From IMG/VR virus record IMGVR_UViG_3300025782_000009: a DNA stretch of 64,000 nt, one strand, 5' to 3'. How positions within the stretch are numbered: position 1 is the stretch's first letter; each line of letters starts with the position of its first letter. The DNA comes from a virus (lineage: Duplodnaviria > Heunggongvirae > Uroviricota > Caudoviricetes). Below are positions 42,619 to 52,918 of this stretch, piece after piece. Position numbers and translations under genes: made by a program. Under the pieces are notes generated by a model. That model did no database searches, had not been told where the DNA came from, and saw only the letters and a list, made by a program, of their open reading frames with translations.

Positions 42619-42842
42619 TTCACAACCCTGTTTAACTAGCTTCAGGGCTGTGCTGGCAGCGGCTATGAGAGTAAACGGGTCAATGGTTACTCTGCTGGCG
42701 TAGGGGCTGGTTGCTGTGCGTTCACTTCTTTTTGCACGGCTTCAATGATTTGGAATACTTCTTGAAAAGGCTTTGTTCCAAGATAGCCCATAACCATGTT
42801 GAGTGTTTGTACGGATAGTTTTACTTCTTGCATTTGTTTTCC

Positions 42843-43031
42843 TTAAGAGGTTTGATTAAGTTCAATGTATCGCAGTAATACCACGACCACGGAAATTATA
42901 ATGCCCACAAACATCTGGTGTATTGGGGTCAGCGGAAAGACAAACAGAAAGCCCTGCATCACGGATAGCACCGCAATAAAGAGCGCCCAAAGAACGTGCT
43001 TGTCTTTTAAAAGTGTGGTGAGTTGGTTCAT
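42843..43031 (-). CDS. Two-transmembrane small protein (62 aa); class II holin candidate
   Basis: Two hydrophobic helices, LWALFIAVLSVMQGFLFVF and MFVGIIISVVVVLL, with a short polar C-terminus. Confidence 0.5.
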   Translation of the reverse strand: MNQLTTLLKDKHVLWALFIAVLSVMQGFLFVFPLTPIHQMFVGIIISVVVVLLRYIELNQTS

Positions 43032-43282
43032 GGTTTAACTTGAGCCGCAACCACCGCCTGATAAGCTGATATTACTTCTTGTGTCCATACTGCACTAGCT
43101 ATTGCAGGTACAGGTGCGGGATCAGATTGAGCTTCTGTATCCCCTGGGTGTCTAACCCAACGGCTAAAGTTTCTTGCAATTTCTACACCGTCTTTAGTGA
43201 TGATTTCTGCTTGACGTACTTGAATAGTGCCGTCTTGTAAGGTTTCTACTTTGTCGATAACTGTGGATGTTGCGAGTGTCAT
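43028..43282 (-). CDS. Hypothetical protein (84 aa)
   Basis: ORF with ATGA coupling. Confidence 0.5.
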   Translation of the reverse strand: MTLATSTVIDKVETLQDGTIQVRQAEIITKDGVEIARNFSRWVRHPGDTEAQSDPAPVPAIASAVWTQEVISAYQAVVAAQVKP

Positions 43283-43291
43283 TGTGACTCC

Positions 43292-43885
43292 TTAGAATGT
43301 TGCAATATATGAACCTGAAAATAGTAGGTATGTGTCAGTACTTGAGAGATTACTAATTGCTATGCTTGTCCCAGATGTAGCCGCACCATTTCTTAACAAT
43401 GTTATGTATGATCCAGCATTTGAAAATTCACCACCTATTATTGGGTAAGATGATGAAGAAGGAAAAGATGCGCTCCATTCGCTGGGAGCAATAGTTCCAT
43501 TTGTGCTATTTGATGCAGCTGTAAAAGGCAAACCGCCAATAAAAGCACTTCCTGACCCACCCGAAAAAGAAGAAAATCTAAAAAAACATTGAACAAATAC
43601 TAGATTTCCAATTTTTGTATAAGTTCCTTTATTGGCTGAGTTATAAGTTACTGTGGGATTTGATGATGATCCTAAAAGTGTAGGTGTCCAAGTCCCTGTC
43701 TCATAGTCATTAAGCGTACTATTTGTAGTGGCACTACTGTTGTTGAATATGATTCCATTAGTACCAGATGCAAAGGTTAAATTGCCACTTAGCTGACCGC
43801 CCGTCAAAGGCAAGGCCGCAGTAGACTGTGTTGTTGAGTCACTAAACGTAATTGATGGGGCTGATCCCCCAATAACTGTTGTCAT
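43292..43885 (-). CDS. Tail fibre or receptor-binding-like protein (197 aa), S/T/G/N-rich
   Basis: Composition and context among fibre paralogues. Confidence 0.55.
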   Translation of the reverse strand: MTTVIGGSAPSITFSDSTTQSTAALPLTGGQLSGNLTFASGTNGIIFNNSSATTNSTLNDYETGTWTPTLLGSSSNPTVTYNSANKGTYTKIGNLVFVQCFFRFSSFSGGSGSAFIGGLPFTAASNSTNGTIAPSEWSASFPSSSSYPIIGGEFSNAGSYITLLRNGAATSGTSIAISNLSSTDTYLLFSGSYIATF

Positions 43886-44094
43886 GGTAATGTCTCCATA
43901 AATGTTGTTAGTGCTGATCCAGTAATAGGATTACCTTCAGCATCGTTTAAGACTACTCCGTCTTGGATGTCTTTTTTGAATTGTTGGTAGTCTGTGTTGT
44001 TTTTAGAAAATGGTATAACCCAAATTTGACTACTATCATCCGTTCTTTGAACACAACTATTGTTTCTTAAATCTGTTAATATTTTATAAGTCAT
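43882..44094 (-). CDS. Hypothetical small protein (70 aa)
   Basis: ORF with ATGA coupling. Confidence 0.45.
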   Translation of the reverse strand: MTYKILTDLRNNSCVQRTDDSSQIWVIPFSKNNTDYQQFKKDIQDGVVLNDAEGNPITGSALTTFMETLP

Positions 44095-44103
44095 TTTTAA
44101 TCC

Positions 44104-45342
44104 TTATAGTTCAGCAGAAAAACCAACATATGCCGATGTACTGTTGCCAGTAAATGCTTGATATGGTCTATATACTGTTAATCCACTAGAAACAAACCAA
44201 TTAACACCTGATGATAAAACACCTCTTTCAATACCGCTTGATGATAGACCAACGCTTGTTATTGCTACGTTTGCGTTAACACCGTCTTCAAGTTGCAAAG
44301 AACCAGAATATGTTAAAGAAGGAATGGTTCTCATTGATACAGGAAAAACAACAGTAGTAGTTGCCGCAGTAGTTGCATATGCTGAACCCCAAGTTCCGAT
44401 ATGTTCATATACAGTTGAGCCTCCAAACGTGCAATAATACCTCTGACACAAAGCCAACTCAGTACCATAAGGACGATAATCAAAAGATGTTGCTTGGGTT
44501 CCTACTTCTAGTTGAACGCCTGTGATGTACCAAGTAGCAGACGCAGTTCCTACGACAGAAGTTCCTCCTGTTGCAGAATTATAGTTACCAGAAGACCAAG
44601 AACCTGCCGCACCACTATAAGTGGAACCAACGCCTAAACCAAACTGAATATACACACCGCCACTATTGTTTGCAGTCCAAGTTCCTGCCGTTGGTCCTGC
44701 AATAGTAATAGTAATATAAGTCCAAGTATTTGCTGATGAAATTGTGTATGTAAATGGGTATGTATAAGTTGATTGACCACATCCTAAACTGCCTCCAAAA
44801 GTACCAGTTAATGAACTGCGTACCCAAAATGAAAGTGTAACGGTTGCGGCATTAGCTGTTCCCCAACTTAAGTCAGCAATATTGTAAGCTTCAATTCCTT
44901 GTGTTACCAAAAACCTATCTGTTGCTCCAATTGATACTGCGCTTGCAACTTGCAATCCATAGTAATTACTAAATCCCGTTGGAGGTGTCACACTATTTAG
45001 GTTTTGCCCCATTGTAAATTTAGATGCTTGAGAAGCATAGCAGTACCAACGATCAAGATAATAAATAACTCCCGTTCCAGATGGAGTGCCGCTTGCACCT
45101 GCATTCCTTTGGTCAATAACCATCCCACCATTAATAATACGGTTCTTAAACCCAAATGTATTAGGTACGTTAATCGTATTAGCAAAGGTTGCTTGTTGGG
45201 AGTTGTTTAGCGTAAGTGCTGTTACCGCTGTACCCGAACTATTTGTCGTTTGTAAGGCAAGCTGTCCGCTCGAATCAGCAGTCTGTACTATTCCCGTCAC
45301 ACCTGACGAAACACCATTATCACTTTTAATCGTTGATGCCAT
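44104..45342 (-). CDS. Tail fibre-like protein (412 aa)
   Basis: The N-terminus MASTIKSDNGVSSGVTG...LALQTTNSSGTAVTALTLNNSQQATF parallels the 45344..46747 N-terminus. S/T/G-rich beta composition. Confidence 0.6.
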   Translation of the reverse strand: MASTIKSDNGVSSGVTGIVQTADSSGQLALQTTNSSGTAVTALTLNNSQQATFANTINVPNTFGFKNRIINGGMVIDQRNAGASGTPSGTGVIYYLDRWYCYASQASKFTMGQNLNSVTPPTGFSNYYGLQVASAVSIGATDRFLVTQGIEAYNIADLSWGTANAATVTLSFWVRSSLTGTFGGSLGCGQSTYTYPFTYTISSANTWTYITITIAGPTAGTWTANNSGGVYIQFGLGVGSTYSGAAGSWSSGNYNSATGGTSVVGTASATWYITGVQLEVGTQATSFDYRPYGTELALCQRYYCTFGGSTVYEHIGTWGSAYATTAATTTVVFPVSMRTIPSLTYSGSLQLEDGVNANVAITSVGLSSSGIERGVLSSGVNWFVSSGLTVYRPYQAFTGNSTSAYVGFSAEL

Positions 45343-45343
45343 A

Positions 45344-46747
45344 TTATGCTACCTTCACAATAATAGTTGTTACGTTGTTGGCAACAGATATGACTTTACC
45401 AACCGACTGCATATACTGCTGAAGTGTAATTGCAGATTCTGATACTGCTTCTCCGCCAATAGAGCCGTCTTGTTTTGCAATTGGAACAATATACTGCCCT
45501 GCCGTTGCTCCCGTTACATTGACTGGTACTTGACCGCAGAAAGCAATTCGATCAACCATTTGTCTTGCCGACTCTAAAGCGGTTGCAAGTTCAGTTTTGT
45601 ATGCAGACAAAGCTGTTTGATAATTTGCTTGAGCAGTTTGCCAATCTGCATCTGATTCTCCGCTAGACCTTGTTGGTTCTTGAGGAGCAGTTAAACCTAG
45701 AGCTTCTTCACTTCCCCATGCGTCTCCACCCACAAGCCCGGGATTTGTTGACTTAACAACAAAACTTATAGCATTTGCAAATACATTTGTTAACTTACCG
45801 TTTGCATCAATACCGCAAATATCACCTTTGTTAATGGTGAAATTACCTGACTTAGTCATGTATTCAGCATAGTCAGCACCGTTTTGATTTACAGTACCCG
45901 CACAATTTATTGATCTACCATTTGAAACTTTTTGAACAAGAAGAACAGTTTGAGTAGCACTTGCACCGCCATTTGACGCTGCGTAGCCAATAATATCGCC
46001 ATCGCAATTTATATATTGACTTGATGATCCACCAGTAGTTAAAATATTAAACCTAGCAGTAGCTGCCGTTGTACCACCAATCACCAAATTACCACTATTA
46101 TCTAGTGTCATTGGATTGGTTGTAGTGGAACCGTCTGTACTTAGTCTCCAACGAAAATTAGGTGATCCAAGTGTTGTATCTGTTGCAACAAAATCATAAG
46201 CACCACCTGAATAACTTATTGTTCCATATTGACCAGCAGTACCATTTCTTGTAAATCTTACTCCAGAAGTAAAGTAACTATCTGAATTTTGTATTACATG
46301 AAGTTGAGCAGATGGAGAACCACCTATTCCTAAGTTACCGCTAGTATCAAGTTTCATCATTATTGAAGAACCGTTATTGGTACTCCAATTCATGTTTGTT
46401 GCGTTAGCGGAAAAAGATATATCGTATGCAGATGTTCCTGTAATTATGTAACCACCCGCAGAGCTTTCCATTCCAAATGCTAATCTGCCACCCGTATTTG
46501 CAATTGATTGAAGATTGGCTCCAGTTCCAGTTCCTGAAAGACCTAATAAAACAGCGGATGTATTAGTTGTTCCTGCAAGACTTAATAAGTTACTAGGACT
46601 AGCCGTACCAATTCCCACCTGCTGACTGGTGTTAATAGTTAAAGCCGCAGTCGTACCATTAGTCTGTAGCTGAAGTACGCCAGATGTATCAGCCGTGTAA
46701 ACTAGTGCGGTAGTTGTCGTGGTTCCTGCTGAAATCGTAGATGCCAT
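45344..46747 (-). CDS. Tail fibre-like protein (467 aa)
   Basis: The N-terminus MASTISAGTTTTTALVYTADTSGVLQLQTNGTTAALTINTSQQVGIGTASPS is homologous to the N-terminus of the 412-aa neighbour. Confidence 0.6.
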   Translation of the reverse strand: MASTISAGTTTTTALVYTADTSGVLQLQTNGTTAALTINTSQQVGIGTASPSNLLSLAGTTNTSAVLLGLSGTGTGANLQSIANTGGRLAFGMESSAGGYIITGTSAYDISFSANATNMNWSTNNGSSIMMKLDTSGNLGIGGSPSAQLHVIQNSDSYFTSGVRFTRNGTAGQYGTISYSGGAYDFVATDTTLGSPNFRWRLSTDGSTTTNPMTLDNSGNLVIGGTTAATARFNILTTGGSSSQYINCDGDIIGYAASNGGASATQTVLLVQKVSNGRSINCAGTVNQNGADYAEYMTKSGNFTINKGDICGIDANGKLTNVFANAISFVVKSTNPGLVGGDAWGSEEALGLTAPQEPTRSSGESDADWQTAQANYQTALSAYKTELATALESARQMVDRIAFCGQVPVNVTGATAGQYIVPIAKQDGSIGGEAVSESAITLQQYMQSVGKVISVANNVTTIIVKVA

Positions 46748-46756
46748 GTTATTTCC

Positions 46757-48061
46757 TTAGATCGTTACCCAACGCTGTCCTGAGCTTACCGTTACCGTTA
46801 CGCCCGAATTCAGAGTTATTGGGCCTACTGAAAATGCGTTATTGCCTGATGCGATAGTATAGCTAGTTGATACTGTCGTACCGTTAATCATAAAGCCGTT
46901 AGATGAAATATGGACTGGAGCCGTTAATTCACCCGTGCTCGGCTTGAATGTGTACTGTGTATTTGAAGTGTAGATAACCTGTGCCGTGCCGCTTGTCGCA
47001 TGAGCAAACAAAGGATAGTAAGCCGTAGATGAGGATGTATCATTACTGATACTTGATCCACCAACCGAGTACCATCCAGGCGTACTAGATACTTCACTAT
47101 AACCCTCAAACTGTTTTGTTGTGGAGTTATAACGGATCATTCCTTCTACTGGAGATCCTGGTTCCTGTCCTGTTGTGCCGACCGGCAGTAAAATAGCTCC
47201 AGTCGTTGGAAAAGAAACAATACCTGTTGTAGCTACGCTAAGTGCAGTCACCGCACCTGCATTGCCTACCTTCATCACAATACTATCTGTAGCACCAACG
47301 CCAGATGTAGACTGTAAAGTTAAGCTAGAACCTGTGCCTGTTCCGCCGTAAACCAATGGGACGGTAGCAGATGTTGTAAATGTAGGAGTAGTAATCGTGG
47401 GGCTTGTAGCCAATACTACGTTACCAGTACCTGTAGAACCAGTTAAAGACGGAGCCTGTGCCGCCGATCCAGTCCCGGTCGATGTGTAAAACTGGGGAGT
47501 AGTAGTTGTATTTCCAGATAAAAATGTAGTCGTACTGGCTGCCGACTGATAAGGTACAGAACCTAAACTACCACCAGCTAGATTCGTTGCGGTAGTAGTC
47601 GTAGTACTAGATGTAATCTTAACAAAGTCATTTGCTACGCTACTCCAAAATACAATAGCCTTCTCGCCATTGGCTACTGTTACCCCAGTCGTATATGTAG
47701 GGCCAGCTGAATAGCCACGAATAACTACGCTGTACCCGCCTGATGTGGAGTTGTTCACCACATACATTTTGCTGGATTCAGGGCAGTTGATATTCCTTAT
47801 CGCAGTCCTAGCACCTGTGCACAAGAGCTGCATATATTGAGCTGTTGTGGAGTTGGGTGAAGCAACAATATTTGATCCGGAGCTACTACCATTGGTAATA
47901 GAAAACGTAATATCCAAATCATTTGTGATATTGTTTGTACCGGCAACCGCTATATCTATATAGTCAGTTATCCCCAGGGAGACATCATCTCCCCAGGTTC
48001 CTGACTCAGTTCCAGTAACTGGAAGAGCTAAGCCTAATAATGTTGTGTAATTAATCGTCAT
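46757..48061 (-). CDS. Tail fibre-like protein (434 aa) sharing a C-terminal module with the 49265..50191 product
   Basis: C-terminus ...SGNNAFSVGPITLNSGVTVTVSSGQRWVTI versus ...SGSAVGPITMSSGVTVTVPSGSRWLIL. Confidence 0.6.
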   Translation of the reverse strand: MTINYTTLLGLALPVTGTESGTWGDDVSLGITDYIDIAVAGTNNITNDLDITFSITNGSSSGSNIVASPNSTTAQYMQLLCTGARTAIRNINCPESSKMYVVNNSTSGGYSVVIRGYSAGPTYTTGVTVANGEKAIVFWSSVANDFVKITSSTTTTTATNLAGGSLGSVPYQSAASTTTFLSGNTTTTPQFYTSTGTGSAAQAPSLTGSTGTGNVVLATSPTITTPTFTTSATVPLVYGGTGTGSSLTLQSTSGVGATDSIVMKVGNAGAVTALSVATTGIVSFPTTGAILLPVGTTGQEPGSPVEGMIRYNSTTKQFEGYSEVSSTPGWYSVGGSSISNDTSSSTAYYPLFAHATSGTAQVIYTSNTQYTFKPSTGELTAPVHISSNGFMINGTTVSTSYTIASGNNAFSVGPITLNSGVTVTVSSGQRWVTI

Positions 48062-48069
48062 CTCATATC

Positions 48070-49263
48070 CTATTGAGTGGGCAATACTACCCAGCTTGGC
48101 GATTCAGCATCATTTACAGCAGCCCATCCAGGCGAGTTTGAATCTGTTACAGCCGTCCAAGCTGGCGTTTGTGTCGTATTTACGGCTTGCCAGTTTGGAT
48201 TTTCGCTGTCCCCTACATTTTGCCACGAAGGAGTCTGATTGTCATCAACTAAACTCCAATAACTAACACCTAATGATCCTACCGTTCCAGCCGCCCCTAC
48301 GCCGGTTAACTGAGCAGTCCTGTTTCCTATCGTGACATTACCTGCCAATCCATTAGCCCCAACGCCAGTCAAAGCTATAGTAATGTTTGGAGCTATTACG
48401 CCTGTTCCACCAACCGCTGTTACAGATCCAAGTGGTACGGAAACCGATCCAACCGCACCAGCTGCATTTACACCGGTCAGGGCAATTGAAATATTGGGGC
48501 CAATTGTTCCTACATTACCTTGTGCATTTACACTTATTACCGGGTCTGAATCACTCTCTATTACCGTTCCCGCCGCACCAGCAGCACCAACCCCCGTCAA
48601 AGCAACAGAGATACTTTGGGTAACAGAGCCAACCAATCCTGATGCGTTAACCCCGCTTATAGATTCAACATCTGATTCCGTTACGCTTCCAACCGCACCA
48701 GCTGCATTTACTCCTGTAATTGCAATCGTAATATTTGGAGTAACCGTGCCCGTTAAGCCTGACGCAAAATTACCAGAAATAGCTTCCGTATCTGACTCGG
48801 ATACCGTTCCGGCCAACCCAGATGCATTTACCCCAGATAAACCCGCAGAGCTAGATGGCGTAACAGAGCCAGTTGAACCGGCAGCAAATACCCCAGACAT
48901 AGCCTGGGCATGAGATACAGATACAGTTCCCGCAAATCCAGATGCTTGACCTCCGCTAATCGTAATATTGACCTGGGATGTAACTGCCCCAACAGTACCG
49001 GCGGCTGAAACACCAGTCAAAGCTATGCTTATATTTGGCCCAACCGTTCCTACATTACCCTGACCATTTACCGACAATAAGGGATCGGCATCGCTTTCAA
49101 TAACTGTTCCAACACTACCCGCAGCATTTACTCCGGTTAAGGCTACAGATAAATTAGGCGTTAATGAACCTACATTTCCAGCTGCGTTATCACCGGTTAG
49201 AGGAGCACTTTTGCCGCCAAGAGCATTAAACGGTGCTTGGGCAAATGTGGTTAAACCAAACAT
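48070..49263 (-). CDS. Repetitive fibre-like protein (397 aa) with about 12 imperfect tandem repeats of about 30 aa
   Basis: The repeat unit is LTGVNAAGAVGSVTESD..ISG / ALTGVGAAG.VG.. throughout. The C-terminus holds five short P-W-containing repeats (NQTPSWQNV, ENPNWQAVN, QTPAWTAV, NSPGWAAVN, ESPSWVVLP). Confidence 0.6.
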   Translation of the reverse strand: MFGLTTFAQAPFNALGGKSAPLTGDNAAGNVGSLTPNLSVALTGVNAAGSVGTVIESDADPLLSVNGQGNVGTVGPNISIALTGVSAAGTVGAVTSQVNITISGGQASGFAGTVSVSHAQAMSGVFAAGSTGSVTPSSSAGLSGVNASGLAGTVSESDTEAISGNFASGLTGTVTPNITIAITGVNAAGAVGSVTESDVESISGVNASGLVGSVTQSISVALTGVGAAGAAGTVIESDSDPVISVNAQGNVGTIGPNISIALTGVNAAGAVGSVSVPLGSVTAVGGTGVIAPNITIALTGVGANGLAGNVTIGNRTAQLTGVGAAGTVGSLGVSYWSLVDDNQTPSWQNVGDSENPNWQAVNTTQTPAWTAVTDSNSPGWAAVNDAESPSWVVLPTQ

Positions 49264-49264
49264 C

Positions 49265-50191
49265 TCAGAGGATCAGCCAACGGCTGCCAGATGGAACAGT
49301 GACTGTCACACCGCTTGACATAGTTATTGGGCCAACTGCACTTCCTGAATATCCGCTAGGGATGGAATAGCTTGTACCAATAGTCTTGTTATTCACAATA
49401 ATTCCATTGGATGCAACCAACTCCGCACCCTGCAACTGGTTGGGCGTAGTGACGTTTCCAGCCGTACTAATGGTTAAAGAATCAGATGTTGTACCAGTAT
49501 TACCTGAGTTAACAACAAAATGTATGGCATTGGAGCCATATGTTGTTAGTACTAAATCAGACCCTACTGATTCAACAAAATTAGCATTTGCGGCATTTGC
49601 GGAATTATTACCATACCCTGCCGCAGAATAACTATAAGTGGAACTGTTTGTTCCCATCTCCATATAAACGGATGAATAGTTATTTGCAGTAGTTACATAA
49701 GAAGCATAAGATGTATTGCCGCCGTTGTTATTTTGTAAGACTACATTTGACCAGGTAGTATCTGTACCATAAAAAGTTGCAAGCTGACCAGTAGCAGAAA
49801 CACTATAGCCGCTCGTTCCTACATTTAACGTACCAATCGTAGTAGTAGCATTAGATACATAAGTTAATATATTAACGTTGCCGTTTGCATCTTGAATAAC
49901 AGCTTTCTCCGCAGGGTAGTCTACCCAAACGTTAACCGTTCCGCTAAACGTAACAACGCTACCACTATTACTGGAGGCTAATATTGTTGTACGAGCCAAA
50001 GCTCCGGTAGTATAAGTACCGTATCCAACCTCCCAGTTACCAGCAGAATCCGTTGCTGTGTAGTAGGTTGTGTTGCCACTTGTTAAAACTGTAAAGGCTT
50101 GGAACCCAGTAACCGTAGTGCCAAGAGTAAAGCTACTGGTGGTATACGATGTACTGGTTACTTGGACTCTATCGGCTAGTTGTAGAGCCAT
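49265..50191 (-). CDS. Tail fibre-like protein (308 aa)
   Basis: S/T/N/G-rich. Shares a C-terminal module with the 46757..48061 product. Confidence 0.6.
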   Translation of the reverse strand: MALQLADRVQVTSTSYTTSSFTLGTTVTGFQAFTVLTSGNTTYYTATDSAGNWEVGYGTYTTGALARTTILASSNSGSVVTFSGTVNVWVDYPAEKAVIQDANGNVNILTYVSNATTTIGTLNVGTSGYSVSATGQLATFYGTDTTWSNVVLQNNNGGNTSYASYVTTANNYSSVYMEMGTNSSTYSYSAAGYGNNSANAANANFVESVGSDLVLTTYGSNAIHFVVNSGNTGTTSDSLTISTAGNVTTPNQLQGAELVASNGIIVNNKTIGTSYSIPSGYSGSAVGPITMSSGVTVTVPSGSRWLIL

Positions 50192-50200
50192 GATTTACCT

Positions 50201-50677
50201 TTAGGTTGTTGTCAATCTCAAAAGAGCTGATGTCGTTGTATTTGTAGGCATTGTCAATGTAAATGTGCCGGCTGTAATGGTTTGAGCGCCAAATGTATGT
50301 ACGCTGACCGCAGCATTAGACTGGCTTGAGTTATAAATCAAGACAGTATCAAAAGCAGTTGTCAATGTAACAGTTGAGTAAACCAAGTTACCAGATGGTG
50401 TCCAATATCCCACTCCAGCCGTAGATGATGTATTGGTAGAGGACGGAGCCGTTGCATTTGTTACAGTTATTCCACCTGCCGTATAACCTGTACCGCTTAC
50501 CTCATTGGTAGATGAATAAACTGTAGTTGCAGCGTTAACAGTAGCTGTAGTTACATACAAAGCAGCTTTGAATGTATCTGCTGTGCTTGCCGCACGGATT
50601 GGTGATGTGCCAAAATTATGGGTAGCTGTCATTAGCTGACCCAAGAAAGAAGTGCACATTGATTGGGTATTACTCAA
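50201..50677 (-). CDS. Fibre-associated protein (158 aa), paralogue of the 50879..51304 product
   Basis: Shared YSSxNEVxGTGYTAGG motif and overall S/T/N composition. Confidence 0.55.
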   Translation of the reverse strand: MSNTQSMCTSFLGQLMTATHNFGTSPIRAASTADTFKAALYVTTATVNAATTVYSSTNEVSGTGYTAGGITVTNATAPSSTNTSSTAGVGYWTPSGNLVYSTVTLTTAFDTVLIYNSSQSNAAVSVHTFGAQTITAGTFTLTMPTNTTTSALLRLTTT

Positions 50678-50687
50678 AATATTCTCC

Positions 50688-50879
50688 TTATGCCATTGAT
50701 GCGGCTACTAAATTTGTAAAAGGGCTGGTTTTAAGCGTTACATGAGCAGAACGATGAACTAATTCACCTTCGTGGTAATACTCGACCCAGGTCGTTAATT
50801 CGATATCATTGTCAATTGAACCCTCTCTTTTTTCAAGCAAAGAGTCATCCATATCGCCTTTGGTTGTTGTAATAATCAT
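50688..50879 (-). CDS. Hypothetical small protein (63 aa)
   Basis: ORF between the paralogues. Confidence 0.4.
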   Translation of the reverse strand: MIITTTKGDMDDSLLEKREGSIDNDIELTTWVEYYHEGELVHRSAHVTLKTSPFTNLVAASMA

Positions 50880-51304
50880 TAAGCACTCCTGATTAAAGCT
50901 GTTGATGAACTATTCGCCGGCATAGTCACTGTAAATGAATTGGAGCAACTCTTATCTGATCCAAAGTCAATTACCGCAATAGATGCATTACCCGCCGTAG
51001 CATCATAAATCAAAGCACATCTAGTGGTAAATGAAGCTGGAGTCCAAACAACATTATTCCAATTCAAATAAACAACGCTATTCGTAGCATCATAGTTTAT
51101 CGTAAGTCCAGTCATTAACTTTCCGCCGGCCGTATACCCAGTACCAACTACTTCATTCACAGACGAGTATGCGGTTGTGGATAAATTTAAATTAGCCAGG
51201 CCCGTATATAGAGCCATGTAGATATTGTCTGTCGAAAGATTAAATACTCCGCCATTGAATAGCTGGTATTTAAAACTTGTGGTCTGACCTTGGACTATGC
51301 TCAT
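50879..51304 (-). CDS. Fibre-associated protein (141 aa), paralogue of the 50201..50677 product
   Basis: See the paralogue. Confidence 0.55.
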   Translation of the reverse strand: MSIVQGQTTSFKYQLFNGGVFNLSTDNIYMALYTGLANLNLSTTAYSSVNEVVGTGYTAGGKLMTGLTINYDATNSVVYLNWNNVVWTPASFTTRCALIYDATAGNASIAVIDFGSDKSCSNSFTVTMPANSSSTALIRSA

Positions 51305-52404
51305 GGTACGGGTTGAATCCTAGTTTGACCAGAGCGGTATGCATCTTGACGATCCAATCCATCTCCAAGGCGTTTCGCAATGGCTAATGCTTCCTTGTAT
51401 TGATTTTCATAAAAGGCAATCAAATCTTTATCGCCCTTTTGGTAGGTATAAGCTTCAACCAAAGAGCCGTACAAAAGCACTGAATCAAAGTTATTGCCAA
51501 GCCAGGACTGACCTGCTGCATTGGTAATTGTTGAAACTGGTACGGCAAATCCTGACCCTGATCCGCCAAGATAAGTATTAGATACAGTTAAAGAATCTCC
51601 AACTACATAGCCTGTTCCACCAGATGCCAGGGTAGCTGATGTAACTACGCCACCCGCTACAACAACCGTAGCATAAGCAAAAGAGCCAGTCCCGCCAGAC
51701 AAAGGAACGTTGTAATATGTTCCAGAGACATATCCCGTTCCTCCACTAGATATAGTACCCAGTGCAGTAATCGGAGCCTGAACAATACTATCTGGATAGA
51801 AAAAGTAATGTAACTCAGCCAAATAAGACTGATCAGGAGTCGGCCCAAGCATAAAGCTAAGATATAAAGGCGCAGAGCTTTGGGGGCCAAATAATGCATA
51901 GTGTTTAGGCAAGCTCTGATAGCTTGATGTTGGATAGCACTCGCGAATAAAGTTAACGTCTTTATTTAACAAATACAAATAATCTGTTTGAAAAACAATC
52001 GTACCAGATACCGCTGCAATGTTGTACTGCGATAAAGTAATTGTCGTTCCTGATACGCTAAGCACTTTGCACTGAACACCAATACCTGTTCCGCTTACGC
52101 TTTGACCGGCAAAGATATTTGTAGCAGATGAAACCGTAATGGTGTTTGTGCCAACCGTCCCAGTCGCTGTGGTGCTCACACTTGAGAATACTGCCAATGA
52201 AAAAGGAGCTAAAAAATCATTGGGGCAAGACAAGTATGAGTTACCAGCAGTCAATACGCCCGTCACATTCTTACGCAGGGACGGAAACAAGATAGAGTTA
52301 AATACTCTTTGCTCTGCCTGTTGTATGAATGTATTGATATCATTCGTAGGGAATGTGTATTCCAAATACGAATTGATCTCAGTGACGAGCTGGCTATAGT
52401 TCAT
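51301..52404 (-). CDS. Tail structural protein (367 aa)
   Basis: ORF with ATGA coupling. The C-terminus has the repeated motif GGTGYV(S/V)G. Confidence 0.6.
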   Translation of the reverse strand: MNYSQLVTEINSYLEYTFPTNDINTFIQQAEQRVFNSILFPSLRKNVTGVLTAGNSYLSCPNDFLAPFSLAVFSSVSTTATGTVGTNTITVSSATNIFAGQSVSGTGIGVQCKVLSVSGTTITLSQYNIAAVSGTIVFQTDYLYLLNKDVNFIRECYPTSSYQSLPKHYALFGPQSSAPLYLSFMLGPTPDQSYLAELHYFFYPDSIVQAPITALGTISSGGTGYVSGTYYNVPLSGGTGSFAYATVVVAGGVVTSATLASGGTGYVVGDSLTVSNTYLGGSGSGFAVPVSTITNAAGQSWLGNNFDSVLLYGSLVEAYTYQKGDKDLIAFYENQYKEALAIAKRLGDGLDRQDAYRSGQTRIQPVP

Positions 52405-52778
52405 GCCATTGGGCCTCTAGCAATTCTGCCACGTTCAGCTGCGCCATTACCCCTGGTCTCTTCACCAGATGTTTTGATCTCATCCATATTGCCAATTGAT
52501 ACGCCACCGTTTAATGGAGTCCAATTCTTACGAGTAGGCATCTTCACTGCTAAACCAATGTCTGGATGAGTTTGATTTTGCTCAATAGCTTCAGTACCAA
52601 ACTTTTTACCATTCATCTTATGTGGTGCAGCATACTCTTCAGCCGGGCCATTTGTCTTGTTTTTAGCTTTGACAATAGCTGGGCTATTCTTTTTTGTAGG
52701 TTTGATGACCTGCATATTAACCTCCGGTTTGATAGCTAGCTCTGGACAAGTTGCGTCCAAGAGCTTTACGGCTTTCAT
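52401..52778 (-). CDS. Basic structural-module protein (125 aa)
   Basis: ORF with a Lys-rich N-terminus. Confidence 0.5.
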   Translation of the reverse strand: MKAVKLLDATCPELAIKPEVNMQVIKPTKKNSPAIVKAKNKTNGPAEEYAAPHKMNGKKFGTEAIEQNQTHPDIGLAVKMPTRKNWTPLNGGVSIGNMDEIKTSGEETRGNGAAERGRIARGPMA

Positions 52779-52908
52779 TTGAAACGCCGGCTACTCCGCC
52801 TTTTGCAAGCTTAGTAGGCTTCTTTCCTTTGTGCATATTCTTCTCATGCTTATGCACTTCTTTTGCAGCCTCTTTATCTGCAATTTTCTTAACTTCTGCT
52901 TTCTTCAT
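52717..52908 (-). CDS. Small Lys-rich protein (63 aa) with a KGG motif
   Basis: MKKAEVKKIADKEAAKEVHKHEKNMHKGKKPTKLAKGGVAG. Confidence 0.4.
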   Translation of the reverse strand: MKKAEVKKIADKEAAKEVHKHEKNMHKGKKPTKLAKGGVAGVSNESRKALGRNLSRASYQTGG

Positions 52909-52918
52909 AACTGCTCCT

